A DNA stretch of 54,386 nt, filler included, from Xylographa opegraphella (lineage: Eukaryota), in NCBI GenBank assembly GCA_022813865.1. It is 10 parts of 10 records of this genome, joined end to end, with 100 filler letters (N's around TTAATTAATTAA, not from the genome) between each part and the next. Parts side by side here need not be neighbours in the genome. Positions count along the whole stretch, not along the records: positions 22,356 to 27,688 come from JALDZX010000235.1; positions 27,789 to 33,114 come from JALDZX010000236.1; positions 33,215 to 38,515 come from JALDZX010000237.1; 7 more parts are not named here. The stretch is one strand, 5' to 3'. A program made the translations under genes and the position numbers. The stretch's first letter is position 1, and each line of letters starts with the position of its first letter. The notes under the pieces were generated by a model. The model saw only the letters and a list, made by a program, of their open reading frames with translations, had not been told where the DNA came from and did no database searches. This document shows positions 24,520 through 38,615 of this stretch, piece by piece.

Positions 24520-27500
24520 AAGGTAATATAGTTCGAAATATAAAAACATTTTTCAATCTCGTTATTTCGCGTATTTAAAATACGTTAAAATAAAAAGTTT
24601 ATATAAAATAATTGAAATTTTATAGCCAATCGTCGTTCTATAAAATATTAACGATACTTACGAAATTTATATTTTTTTAAAGTTTCGAAATCAAAGAAGT
24701 TACGCCGTAAATAAATATAAATTTCAAATTTTCGTTTTAATTTTAATTAACATATATAAACTCTTATTAATATTTCGTGAAAATTATTTTTATTTTTATT
24801 TTATCGTAAATGATTATTTAAAAAAAAATTTAAAAAAAAATAATTAAATTAAAGGTTAAACGCGATCGTCGAGTGAAATAAATAAAAATAAATCGTAAAG
24901 TTTTAATTTAAAATAAAATTTATAATAATTTATAATAATAACGTTTTTAACTTTAAATTTATTTTGAACGATTATGAGTAAAAAAAACTGTCGATCGAAA
25001 AACAAGGTGCTTAAACCATAGATAAATATACATTTAAAATTTTCGATTGAAACGAAACTTAAAAAGAAAGACAATCAGCTGTTTTCATGTAAGAAAAAGA
25101 ATACGAAACTCATCTTAATTCCAAGCGATTAAATTAGTACGAACAAAAACAACGAAAAGATTAATACGCAGAGAAACATTATTTAATATCAAGAAGACAG
25201 TCCTTGGGTGGAAATCAATAACAACGAAGAAAGCGATTTAAACATTAATAGCCTGCAAGTCGAGAGGGATCTCAAGGAACAAAATGTCGAGCTAAACAAT
25301 CTCGATAATTAAATTTACAAAAAAACTGACGAGCAAAAAAAGCCGAAGGATACGGTAAATAATTACTAAAATTATCGAGTAAATCCAGAATATTCACGTT
25401 ACGATATAATACACTGTGGCACTTGTACAGGCATTTACTGTGTGACGGCTATGACATCAGTCACAGGTGATAGGGGTCGGGCTGGATCAGGACTCGCACC
25501 TTTAGTATATAGTCTCGCCCATGGAGCAGCCTCGCCGCTTCTCCATCTTAATCTGGGTTGAAATCGTCCACCTAAAGCTTACGTTCTAGGCGTGCTTGTG
25601 TGGTGAGTTGATGAGCCGTAACATACTGCAAAGTTCACTGAAAAAATCATGAGTACAACGGCCGCACAGGTAAAGCCTGTTATAAAATTTAAATTTGGAA
25701 CAGATGCTTCAAAAACGAATGCCCATGGCATTTAAAAGAAAAACGAAGGCATTTATCCTTTTTAGAATATATACAAGAATTCTGCAACAACTTAATTACG
25801 TACGGAACCCGTTTAGAAAAAAACAACTTCAGAAACCCGTTATGGCAATGGTATTTCCATGGAGAATATATAATATACATAGAGATCAAAGAAATTCACG
25901 GCTATCTCGAACAGGGAAAAAGTAATGTTATATATTATAGAAAAATATATAAAGATTAATATAATACACTTCAAGATACACCGGAAGAAGCCAGACTGTA
26001 TAAATTTTATAAAGATTTCAATTATTATAAATAATTATCGAACAACCGCGTTATTAGATATTAAAGCCAATTCAAATTATATGTTCAGCATTTTCGCGAA
26101 GAGCTGCGGCTTCGAATTATTAACTTTAAAATAGGTTCAAATGATCATGGCCGACGGGTCATCAAGGAAGGAAGAAGAACGATATATAAAATCACTTCCT
26201 GTCGCTATTCATTAATATCATAAAGAGATAGTTTTTGGTATAGTTACCATGGCCAGGTACCATATTATTTTAGGTTTATCTTGATGAATCAAGCACAACG
26301 TATCCCTAAACTGGGATAAAGGAGTATTTATCAAAAAGTATATCAATCGCGTTATTAATATATATTTTATACATCAACAGAGGACGATGATCAATAAAAG
26401 AAAGAATCGAAAACCGGTTAAAATTATAAAAATCTTATTTTCGAATAAAAACGATTTTACTCGAGAGTTCGACTTGACACGCATTAGCAAGGGTTAGTAA
26501 AACAAAATAAATTAAAGTTTGAAAAGAAGCGACGCACCTCTTGACATCCCTAAAGAATATAAAGCATGGATATGGCTTTTTCAGGAAAAGGAAGGATTTA
26601 ATACTTTATTTAAACATCAACCTTGGGACTGTGAGATCAATATCGAATCAGGGAAGAAGCCAACATTTGAATTTATATACAACATGTTAGAAAAAGAACT
26701 TCAGGATCTTCATAAATATATTGATAAAAGTCTGAAAAAGGGATTCATACGCGAATCAAAATCCTCAGCACAATATTCAGTAATATTTATATTTAAAAAA
26801 AACGAAAGCTTGAGACCTTGCATCGAATATCGGAAGTTAAACGATATTATTATTAAAAATCGATATTCACTACCGAAAATTAGCGAAATACAGAATAAAT
26901 TTAATAAAGTCAAAGTTTTTATTAAGCTCGACCTTAAAGGCGCATACAATTTAATCAGAATAAAAGAAAATAAGGAATAAAAAACTGTATTTCGAAGCAG
27001 ATATAGGCACTACGAGTATCAAGTTATACCTTTTGAATTAATTAACGCATTTATTATTTATTAGGCGCTGATCAACAACGTATTAAAAATGCATTTATAT
27101 TTAACGGTAATAATTTATTTGAACGACATATTTATTTACTCGGAATCAGCAGAGAAACATGTGAAATATGTACAGGAAGTACTTACATGCTTAGGAAAAA
27201 CAGAACTATTTCTTAAACAAGAAAAAGGCGAATTTAATAAAAACGAGATAGTCTTTCAAGAATTCATAATCGGCAAAAAAGAAATCAAGATGAATTTAGA
27301 AAAAATAAAAACTATACTCGAATGACCTTGACCAACAATAGCAAAAAAGGTCTTAAAATTCCTAGGGTTTGCAAACTTCAACTGAACTTTTATTAAAGAT
27401 TACTCCAAAAAGGCGATATCTTTAACGAATTTAACACATAAGAATATAAGCTTTAAATGGGATTCGAACTAATAACGAGCCTTTAACATTTTAAAAAAGA

Positions 27501-27592
27501 ATTGTGCACAACCATCAGTTTTAATGATATTTTAGGTAAAAAAACCTGCAAGAATAAAAACAGATATATCAAATTTAGCCATAAGGGCATGT
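24520..27592 (+). pseudogene. Degenerate Ty3/gypsy gag-pol (protease, RT, start of RNase H)
   Basis: TALLDIKANSNY (protease), KGFIRESKS, LRPCIEYRKLN, KLDLKGAYNLIRI, IYLNDIFIYS (decayed YLDD), FLGFANF. Many transition stops. The 5' boundary is approximate. Confidence 0.9.
25441..25623 (+). mobile_element. Solo LTR, family A
   Basis: TG...CA, TSD TACTG. Confidence 0.93.
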
Positions 27593-27688
27593 TGTAACGA
27601 TCCTGCCTCTCACTAGTATAGTTTGATTAGGGATCTGGGTTGGATTCGTCAATGAGTAGATAGGAAGTCACGATGCAGTCTTAATGCT
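27593..27688 (-). mobile_element. Partial LTR, family C, inserted in gypsy RNase H
   Basis: Matches 48548-48645. Confidence 0.88.
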
Positions 27689-27788
27689 NNNNNNNNNNNN
27701 NNNNNNNNNNNNNNNNNNNNNNNNNNNNNNNNTTAATTAATTAANNNNNNNNNNNNNNNNNNNNNNNNNNNNNNNNNNNNNNNNNNNN

Positions 27789-27857
27789 TATACTAAAGGT
27801 GCTAGTCCTGATCCAGCCCGACCCCTATTACTTGTGACTGATGTCATAGCCGACACA
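27789..27857 (-). mobile_element. Partial LTR, family A
   Basis: Matches ~6642-6710. Confidence 0.85.
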
Positions 27858-28313
27858 CATTGACTGTGAATTAATCGCTTAATTCTGTTTGAAATTTATT
27901 TAAATCGCTATAAATTTTGAAATTTCTATTTTTAATTTCGCGCAGATTTTAAAAAAGAAAAATTTAAAAATAAAATTTACGTAAAAGCGTTTAAGCGTTA
28001 AATAAATATTTTTCGTACGTTTGCTATAAATTGATCATAAATAATTATTAATATTGTAACGTTTTAAAATTGATTATGAATTATTTTAATCATATTTAAT
28101 TCCGGGAAACGATTAAAATTTATTAAAAAAAATTATTAAAACGCCAGATTATAGCTGTAAAGCGTATAATTATAATGAATTTATATATTATAAATATTAT
28201 ACGTTTATTATACGTTTATTATACGTTGATATTAATATGATTAAAATGGTTTAAAATATTCAAAAATTTGATAGAATAAAAAAACGTTTATTCGACAAAA
28301 ATAGAAAGGCTAC

Positions 28314-28568
28314 TGTGGTGGATTCGGGGCGGGTCTTTTGGGCGCTTTTTGATTTCGAGCTTCCTTCCTCACGCATCTACATATAGCGATAGAGCAGCAG
28401 AGCCACAACGGCAGTTAATTCGTTTTTTGTTCTTTTCACTCTCTGTCGGACGGATAGTGACCTTATTCAGAAAAGACTTGACCTAGCTGCGACCCCGATC
28501 CAATCCTTTTGCCTACCCCTTTGCCTACTCAACTAGGCTGCTGCGGACTTCCTACGAATTCCTTTACA
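28314..28568 (+). mobile_element. Solo LTR, family H (255 bp)
   Basis: Reverse complement of 31154-31410, 4-bp TSD CTAC. Confidence 0.92.
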
Positions 28569-31153
28569 CTACGACGCAGCCTTTTAATAATATTAACAAT
28601 AAAAATATAAAGAATATTATTAAAAAAACGGTTGAGATAAAGACAAAAAGGGCGAAAAAAACGATAATAAAAATTAATTAATTAATTTATATTATACGTA
28701 TATTTTTTATTTCTCGTACGCTCGCTAAATGCTGTAATAATTATATATCATAATTCTATAGTATTTTATTTATTTATATATAAATTTTTATAAAATTTTT
28801 TTAAATTCTTAATATAAAAGAAGCGTAAATTTGCAATGTTTTTTATACGATTTTTATAAGTTTACGTATTTTTCATTATTTATTATTGAATTATTGTTAT
28901 TATATGAAATTAAGGTATAATTTTTTTTAATTTTTTTAATTATAATATAAAATTTTAAAACTTTACGATAATTAAAATTATTAAGAACGATAAATAAACG
29001 ATAACGTATCTTCGTATATCGTACGTAAAATATAAATATATATTTAACAGTTTATAATCCTCGATTATAGTTATATTTCGGCGAAATTTAGTCGAAAATT
29101 TAGCGTATATATAAAAATACCATATAGATGCGTAAAAAAATTAAAATAGTATTTTTAATTTTTATTAATTTATTTTTAATAAATTATTTTTTAATATTTG
29201 ATTTTTTTATACTCGTTTAATTCTTGCTGGCATTTATTTTGTATTTAATAATTTTATTAACGTTTAATTTATAATTTTATTATTTAAATTTAAAATGATT
29301 TTATATTAAAAAAATTTCGTATTATTTTTTATACACGTTCCTGGCTTCGTTCGTATATATATATAATATACTTTTTTAATTTATAATATTTCTTTTAGGC
29401 TTGGCGACGACTTTTTTGAATTTTTTTTCGTAATTTTAACGTATTGTTCTCGCAGATTTTTTTAATATTGAATTCCCTTATTTTATCGATATTTCTTTCA
29501 ATTTTAATAAAATTAATCTTTATAAATATAAATTTATAAACGGAATAAACGATTTCGTTTTTAATACGTTAATTTTAATCGCGCGATACGTTTTTATAAT
29601 AATTTTTAAATATTCATTCTAAATAGTCGTTAATTTTTTATTTGTTATTTTTTTTTAAAATTCTTTTATAATTTTTAAATTATTTTCAACGATAAAATCG
29701 TAAAATTACATTACACGTATAACTATTAAAGATGATTATTTTGTTTTTATAAAATTTATAATTTATATTAACGTTAGTAGTTTATTTAAAATTAATTAAT
29801 AAATTGTTATTTTCTTTTCGATCTCGCGTAAATAAAGGCTTTATTTTAATTAATCGTTTGATTAAACGTTTAGAATTTTTATCAATACTTTAAAAGTAAT
29901 ACTAAATTGTTTTAAATAAATTAAAATTTGAATATTATATTTTTTTGAATATTTTTATAAAATATAAAACGTACGTTATATTTTCGTATTTATAATTCAT
30001 GTTTCCCGCGTATTTTTATTAATTTATTATAGTTATTATCTATATTATTTTTAAAAATAAAAATATTTCTATCCTTTACGAACTTTGCGATTTTACTTTT
30101 TTTATTTAATTACGTATAAATATTAATAAGTTCGACGTTAAAGAAAAGGATAAAATAAAGAAAAAAGTTTTTACGAAACTTTAAAGCGTATTTTAAATAT
30201 TTAAAATTTATATTTTAAAATTATTAAAATTATTTCTTTATTATTTAAATTTTATTTATTTATTTGATTAAGTAATTTGAAATGCGTTTCGGATTTATAT
30301 TATATAATAATCGTTCGAATTTTATATTATTAAAAACGGTTTTTTAATTTAAACAGAGTATTATAATTACTTTAGGTATGTTATACTTTTAAATAATATA
30401 TATTTATTTTATTATTGATTATAGCGTTATATTCGTGAATTTATAACGCCTCGTGTTTTTTAAAATTTTAAAAATAATATATTCGCTTTTGTTATATTGC
30501 TGATTCTGCTGGCTATTATTAATTCGAATATTCTAATTATTATGTTTAATAGCGTAATAAATTTACATATTTTTTTATTTTTATAACTCGTTTTTATTAA
30601 TTTATATAATATTATTGTTATAGCTTTTTTATATCTCGTCGAATATATTTTATACGTAATATATATATTAAATAATTTATATAAATAAAGGTTTAATATA
30701 TTTACTATAATTTTTAAAATTTTGTTAAAAGTTTAATTTAATTTAAACGCTTTTTTGCGTTTATTTTACGAATAATTTATTTATTTTATTTTATTATTAT
30801 TATTATTTATTTTAATACTTTAATTTTTAAATAAATCAATATCATTTTTGATATTTTTAAATCTCTTAACTTTGCTTTTCGAGGTTATCATAACTATATT
30901 ATTAAAATATAATTTTAATATTTATAATAATTTTAAAAGAGATATAGTTTTCGTATACATTTATTTAATTAGCTTCTAAATCTCTGTTAAGAAATTTAAT
31001 CTATTTTGGATTTTGTATTTAAAAAAAATCGTTTAAATAATAACCTTATTTTGATTTGTTATAATACAACGGTATTTAATAAAGTTTTCGTTATTAATTT
31101 ATATAAAATAAATTTTGCGCAATTTCTTCGTTTATTTAATTATAATTTTATAC
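28569..31153. repeat. AT-rich RIP-degraded repeat DNA, unclassified
   Basis: Very low GC, CpG-biased residual C, no ORF. Confidence 0.7.
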
Positions 31154-31410
31154 TGTAAAGGAATTCGTAGGAAGTCCGCAGCAGCCTAGTTGAGTAGGCA
31201 AAGGGGTAGGCAAAAGGATTGGATCGGGGTCGCAGCTAGGTCAAGTCTTTTCTGAATAAGGTCACTTTCCGTCCGACAGAGAGTGAAAAGAAGAAAAAAA
31301 ACGAATTAACTGCCGTTGTGGCTCTGCTGCTCTATCGCTATATGCAGATGCGTGAAGAAGGAAGCTCCAAATCAAAAAGCGCCCAAAAGACCCGCCCCGA
31401 ATCCACCACA
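31154..31410 (-). mobile_element. 3' LTR of a young gypsy element, family H
   Basis: Minus-strand PPT AAAAGGGGGGGGAGGAT (31411-31427) directly precedes TGTGGTGG. Confidence 0.93.
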
Positions 31411-31544
31411 ATCCTCCCCCCCCTTTTAACATAGCAGTGTCCTCACTGCTCTGGCCCCCGCCCGTCCCCTTCATTCACATGCTTCCGCCCCCGCTGGACC
31501 CTGATTTTTACTTTCCGTCCAACGGAGACTTCGGACTCTGAGTC

Positions 31545-33114
31545 TTATCCCGAATCAGAGCTGTCATCGCCAGGGCTGTTCGAATCGTAGCTGTCTTCGG
31601 GGTCCTGGCTGCTGTCCTCACGTCGTATTAACGGAATGACTATCTTGAAGTTCGGGGATCCGTCCTCATCGTCGGTCTCACTCTCACTAAGATACTGCTC
31701 TTCCAGATCCGCCAGAATCGCCGCATATTCCTCTGCTGCTCCGTCTTTCCGCTCGACATGCAGCTTCAGCCTTCTCCCAGAGACGGTGCCGGACTTCTCT
31801 GCACCATCCAATTCTTGCAGACGATATACTCCCTTGACAGGATCCGCCTTGGTGATTCGGTACGGGCCTTGCCACCAGAAATCAAGCTTTCGGTCCGACG
31901 AATAGTCGTCCTTATACCTAGTATCGTGCAGAAGGACCAAGTCTCCCGCTTTGTATATCTTGTCCCTGGCATCTTTACTAACGTCGGAGTATTCTTTAGC
32001 TTGATCCCTTATCCTTCTAAGCCTCAAAGCTGCCTCCTCCAAGTCCAGATCTCTTTGCAATAGCTGCAGGGCTCTCAGCGCGAGCAGGTCGGCTGTATTT
32101 CGAACTCGACTCCAGGGTAGGCTGGTCCAACTAGGCACCTTGGCCTCGATCGGCAGCATACACACTCTTCCATAGATAAGCTGGAATGGGGTCATACCGG
32201 TGCTTCGGCGGATACTAGTTCGATCAGCCCATAGAACCAAATGTAATAGTTCTGGCCATGTGCCTATCCCTCCATGTGTCAGCTTCGCTAGCCCATCTAT
32301 AATAGGCTTGTGCCCTCTTTCTACCATGCCGTTCGCGCCCGGATTGTATGGGGAGGTCTGTATTCGCTCAATCCCATACAGTTTCAGCAGTGTCTCGGTA
32401 TACTTCTTGTTCTCTGGCCCTCCATCTAGAACCATCCTCCCAAAGAGCCCGTGGCGAGTAATAACGTCTTCCCACAAGAACTGCGCAACCGCCTTGGAAT
32501 CTGCGTTCTTGAGAGCCCTAGCTTCTACCCAGCCTGATAAATCTTCCCGGGCGACCACTATATAGCCCAACCCTCTTCTCCGCGGCATCTTGACCACGTC
32601 CACGGCCACCTTTTCGAACAATATCTGGCTATGCGTAGCGAAGATTGCATCCGGCTCCAACTGTGAAGACCTTCGCTGACAGTCTTCGCAGGATTTGCAG
32701 TAGGCCTTGCAGTCCTTATACAATCCTTCCCACCAGTATGTAGCGGCTACCCTTCGATATGTGGTTTCCACACCCTTGTGTGCTCCGCCTACATCATGCT
32801 GGCTGGCGACAATCTCCTGCTGAACTTCCTCTTTATCTACCACTCGTCGCAAAGGTATGTTCTTACTGCCCCGTCGAAACAACTCCCCATCTCTTACCAG
32901 GTATTTCAAGGCTTCCGCTTTGAACTTCGTCCACTGACGGCCCTTATACTGGGTCGGCTTCTTCAACGATGACAGCCATACAGCATATTCCTCATGGATC
33001 TCTGAATACCCAGAGTCCGGATTCAGGACAGTGACCCATGGTCCTTGGCTGTCGCCCTCTCCTTCCTGCCTTTCCTCAGTGGCCGCCACGATCAGACTCA
33101 AAGAATGCACCCCT
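31545..33114 (-). CDS. Ty3/gypsy pol C-terminus: integrase (HHCC + DDE + GPY), uninterrupted, 5'-truncated
   Basis: QHDVGGAHKG...CEDCQ, VAVDVV, VLDGGPEN, NGMVERGH, WQGPYRI. Acidic tail with no chromodomain. Confidence 0.95.
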
Positions 33115-33214
33115 NNNNNNNNNNNNNNNNNNNNNNNNNNNNNNNNNNNNNNNNNNNNTTAATTAATTAANNNNNNNNNNNNNNNNNNNNNNNNNNNNNN
33201 NNNNNNNNNNNNNN

Positions 33215-33276
33215 CTTCACCGAATATACGATTACTGTTGCCCCCGCCCTGATCCAAATACACGTGCCTTTTAATA
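33215..33276 (+). mobile_element. Partial LTR, family B
   Basis: Reverse complement of 36879-36940. Confidence 0.85.
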
Positions 33277-36200
33277 TTTATAATTATTTTCAAAATTCTC
33301 GATTTTCATCGAAAAGAATAACTTTAAACACTTTTAAATAAAATAAATATAATCGATTTACTAAAGTTATAATTTATATTTTGCTATTAATAATTATTTT
33401 CTTTAGAAATAACTATAATAATTTTATTGAATTTATAAATTACTATTATCGCGCAATTATACTTATTTTAAAATAACTTCGATAAAATCAATGTAAAATT
33501 AATTATTAATATATTAAAAAGTCTTGAAGAAATCAGAATTAATTATAATAAGTTATAAGGTTTGTATTAAAATACTTAATAAAATTCATATCATAAATAA
33601 TATCAAATATATACGTATAAATCTTTGATTATAATCAAAATATATAAACTTTTAATTAATTTTTAACATATACGATCGTATTTTTAACAATTTAAAATAT
33701 TATAAACGAATTTAAAGGTATTTTTTAACTATAAATATACAAATATAAAAACCAAAATTTTACTCGATATCCTTAAAATAAATTAAAATTTTAATTCAAT
33801 TTTATTATTTTCAATTATCTTTCAATGAGTATTTATCGCAAACTTTGCAAATATTCTTTATTAAATTTGTTTTAAAGTTATCGTTTATTTATATTATAAA
33901 TATTCAATATGTCGATACGAATTTAACTGTATAAATAAGAATTAGGATTTTTTTTAAATATTAAATCGCGTTAAAAAATTTTTTAAAATAATACTCTATG
34001 TCGTAAATTATTTGAAAACGTAAAAGTCTAAAAATGTATTTAATATAATATTAAATTTGCAAGGTTTATATCGTACGTTAAAGTTAAATCGTGAAAAATA
34101 TTCTAAAATCGTATCAGTTTAAGATTTAATATTCTAATAAATATAATATTAAAATTTATTTATTTAAATATTTAATACGTAATGAAGTAATTAATAAATA
34201 TAATTATCGATAATTTTACGAATTTTGTTATATATTACAATTTTCTAACGATTTATATTAAATCGGAAATCTTCAATTTTGTTAATTAATATTTATATTT
34301 GAATTCAATAATAAATAAAAATAAAAACAATAAAATTATTTTTTACTTTAAAAAATTCGTGTTATTAATTATTGATTTAATAGCACAACATGCGTAAACG
34401 CCGTATTTGATTTATATAATAAATTTATATTAATATATAATTATCGTTTAGCCATAAAATACATTAATATTAATAATTTTAAAAATAATTTTTAAATTTA
34501 AAAAAACGCTATTAATTTTCTGAATATGAATACTATAATCCCTAATTTAATAAACAATTTTTTATAAATTTTCTCAACGATTTCTGCGATATTTTTTATA
34601 TAAATTTAATAAAAATCGTTTTTTAAAATTATAATAATTAAACCATTATTACGTAATAAAAAGTATATTACCGTAAATAATTTATTAATTTTAAATAATA
34701 TTTGAATAATTTTAATGATCGCGAAAATATTAATTATAATATTATTATAAACTTTTTCTTTACGATCGCTAATTTCAGAGCGTTACTATATTAATTAAAA
34801 AAGCCATTAAAATATTTTAAAAAAAATTTATTAAATAAAACGCATATATTAAATGACGCAAAAAATTTAGAAATTTCGTTAAAATATTATAAATACTTTT
34901 TTAAAAAAATTAAAAAATTACAATATCATTAACGTAAATTTTTGCAAACTTGCGACAGAAAAATTAAAATTTTATTAATTATTTTTCATATATATATCGA
35001 AGAATTTCTATATTTTATTATCGTTATATAAAAAATCTCTTGGCCTTTATAATTGGAAATTGTCGAACGATATTTATATACTTTTCTTATTAATTAATAA
35101 TAAAAAACGAACATACGTTAATAAAAATAATATATATAACGTTATTTATAGCCACGGGTATTTTCGCTTAAAAATATTAAATAAATATTTAATACCGTAA
35201 TTTTATTTACGGTTTAAATATTAATTATTATTGTATTTTTATTTTATATACTCTGATTTTTCTAAACCACAAAATATAAATAGCGAAATAATATAATATA
35301 TTTTATTTTTCAAGTATATAATTTATCGAAGATTCTATCAATAATAGTATAATTTCGTTGTTTTATTACATGTATTTTAATTTATTTTAATTTATAGTAT
35401 TTCTTTCAGTTATTTATTAAGGGTATAATTATTTATTTAAATTTAGGCACGTCCGCAGTATTTCCTTTATTTATTGAAAAATTAAAGTACTTCGTCGCAG
35501 TAAATTCTAAAAATATAATAATTAATATATTATTATAAACTATAATTCCGTTCGCAAGTTTATATTTTTAAATTATTAAAAATAAAATTATTTTTAAAAT
35601 AATAACGTTAATTAGCAGTATTATTACTAAGAGACTTTTTTATGATTTTTTAAAATATTTCGATTTCAAAGATTTTGATAAATTTACGATAAATTTTATA
35701 TTATTTAACGACGTTTTAATTATTATTATAAAATCTTTATTTATTTTGTATTTTACTCCGTGTTTGATACGTATATTTCGTGGTAAAAAAATATTTATAT
35801 CAAAATCGTTTTATACGAAAACTAGAAATATATTGAAATTAATAATATAAACAAATATTAATAATGGCTATCGAACTTTATTCGATTCGAAAAGAAATCA
35901 CGATTTTAATGAAATTAAATCTTTTTTTATTATTTTTAATAAACACAGCTTGGCGAGTATAAAACGATGTATTCGTTTTTAATTTATTAATTAAATAAAT
36001 CTCCCGTTTAATACAAATCGGTTTGTTATTATTGCCTTTAAAAAACATATTAATAATAATTTATTCATTCGCTGTATAATTGAATGAGTCAATACTACGA
36101 ACCTTTATAAATATAAATATTATTTTAATTGTTATATTAAAACAACTCAAAAGAAATTTTTATTAATAAAATTTATAATCTATTTTATATTTAAATAAAT

Positions 36201-36878
36201 ATTCTTTTTTCGTTAATTAAAAAGCCCAAGCTAATTTTAATCGTAATATGTCGTCAGTTTTTCAACTTAAAATGTTTAATCTAATAATTTATTAATTAAG
36301 AAGTTTTTTTTCGTATATTTTTTATTTAACAAAAAATATTTTATGAATTTTTGTTCGATAGAAAATAATTATTTCGTATCAATTTTAAGCGGCTTAATAT
36401 ATAAACTTTGGCGAACGTATTAATAAAGTTTATTTAATAAAAAAGGGCAATCTACATTTTTTATATTTATAAAATTTAATAATATTCGCCGCAAAATTAA
36501 CTTTCATTTTGATATGCTTCTTATTATTATTTTGACTATTTTCGTTATTATTATTGTTATAATAATTTTCATCCTGGAAATTATTTTTTTAATAATAAAT
36601 TTTTAATAAATTTTATACAAATTATTATCGTTTTTAACAATATTATTAAAGGTTTTAACAAAATAAACCTTTTAATAAAACTTCTTTAAGAAATTATTTT
36701 TATTACTTTTTAAAAATTAAGAATTTTCATTTTCTTCTTCGAATTTTTATTTAATTGATAAATTTTAACTTTTATTTTTTATTAATATCGTTTTCTAACT
36801 ATTATAATTACGATTATTTTTAAAAATCGATTTTAAAAATCTCAATAATTTGACGAAAAAAATTGAAATAAAAAAAAC
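33277..36878. repeat. AT-rich RIP-degraded repeat DNA, unclassified
   Basis: Very low GC, CpG-biased residual C. Confidence 0.7.
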
Positions 36879-37069
36879 TATTAAAAGGCACGTGTATTTG
36901 GATCAGAACGGGGGCAACAGTAATCGTATATTCGGTGAAGTTCGGTATAGGCCACGAGAACGTGACATATACCTCCTACGCTAGTACTGAACTACGCTAT
37001 ACATAAATAGAACTAGCCTTCAGGTATTCCTTTATGCCTACCAGCAAGTGATGCTTCTACCAATTAACA
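36879..37069 (-). mobile_element. Solo LTR, family B
   Basis: Colinear with 4234-4424, TSD AAAAC. Confidence 0.92.
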
Positions 37070-37086
37070 AAAACTACGATTACCAT

Positions 37087-37216
37087 ATTTATTTCTTTTA
37101 TTTATTTCTTTTATTTATTTCTTTTATTTATTTCTTTTATTTATTTCTTTTATTTATTTCTTTTATTTATTTCTTTTATTTATTTCTTTTATTTATTTCT
37201 TTTATTTATTTCTTTT
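37087..37216. repeat. 13-bp tandem repeat (ATTTATTTCTTTT) x~10
   Basis: Direct reading. Confidence 0.95.
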
Positions 37217-38454
37217 CGATTTTTAAATTTATTGATATATATGTTAAACCATTTATACTTTTAATCTGCAATACATTTGGTAAACCTATTTATAGTAGTT
37301 GCAAATATTATAAAAAAATTATTATTTTTTAGAATATTATTTAAATATTAATAAACCAATAAAACCTGAATATAATTTATTATAATAATATTTGTATTTT
37401 TGTTAGAAACTACTTTTATCCCCAGCGTGGCAGTATATATTTACGTAATACTCAAGATTATTATTTATTTTAATAAAAAAGTTAAATACTGACCGAGAGA
37501 TGCGCGAAACGTAAATAAAAAATATAATCGCAATAATTAAATAATAATAACAAAATATAATAAAACGTAAAGTTTTTATCTTTATAATTAAAATATAATA
37601 ATAATTGCAATATATGTAAAATACACATTCAACGTTGTTTTAATATATAAAAAAATATATATAAAACATAAAAAACGAGCTCTGTCTCAAAATAAACGAG
37701 TGTCGCTGAAACTACGCGAAATAATCGATTAAAAATTACGTAAAATAACTAATCGTAAAAGGTTATATTGTTTAAAACGTAAAAAGTTAATAAAATTGTT
37801 TCAATAATCGCTTAGCGTAATTAAAAAAACGAGATTTTTACCTCGATGTCGAATTTTGCGCAGCGTTTATTATCGAATTCACGCGATTTTAACTCGCGAT
37901 TTGTGTATAATAAACATAAAGTATTTAAAATAATCGATTTTAAAAGGCTATAAAAATTTTAAACGTAAAAACCGTTTATTTTAATAGTCGTTTGACGTAG
38001 CCGGGAAAAAACGCGATTTTTATTTAAATTTCGAGTTTTAAAGCCTCGCTTCGAGTTTTATATAAATATAAAATTAAATAAAAAATGAATAAAGGTATTA
38101 AATACGACTCGTATACGATTTTACGACGTATATTAATTTAATATTATTAGTATATAATAAATCAATATTTAATATCGTTAAACGCAAATTAGCTATTAAA
38201 ACCCAAACCCTTTTGAATAAAAGTATAGAATGCGCAGGATTAATATTCTATTAAATTCGAAAAAAAAACGATTTTAAAAGCGGGCTTTGTAAAACGTGAA
38301 AAAATTTAGGGAGACGAGGGTAATTATAATAATATAATATTAATAAATTATATGCAGGTCAAACGTACGAAAGACGTAAAAGAATTACGAATTCTTATGT
38401 TTTTTAACGGCTTTTTCGTTTGTATATATATATAAAAACAGATTTTTCCCGAAC

Positions 38455-38457
38455 AAA

Positions 38458-38512
<55 letters not shown>

Positions 38513-38515
38513 ATA
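38455..38515. repeat. (AAAT)n microsatellite
   Basis: Direct reading, at a contig end. Confidence 0.97.
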
Positions 38516-38615
38516 NNNNNNNNNNNNNNNNNNNNNNNNNNNNNNNNNNNNNNNNNNNNTTAATTAATTAANNNNNNNNNNNNNNNNNNNNNNNNNNNNN
38601 NNNNNNNNNNNNNNN

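Noticed and set aside
37048..37332. Hydrophobic 94-aa membrane-like ORF
   Set aside because: Translation of the 13-bp tandem repeat.
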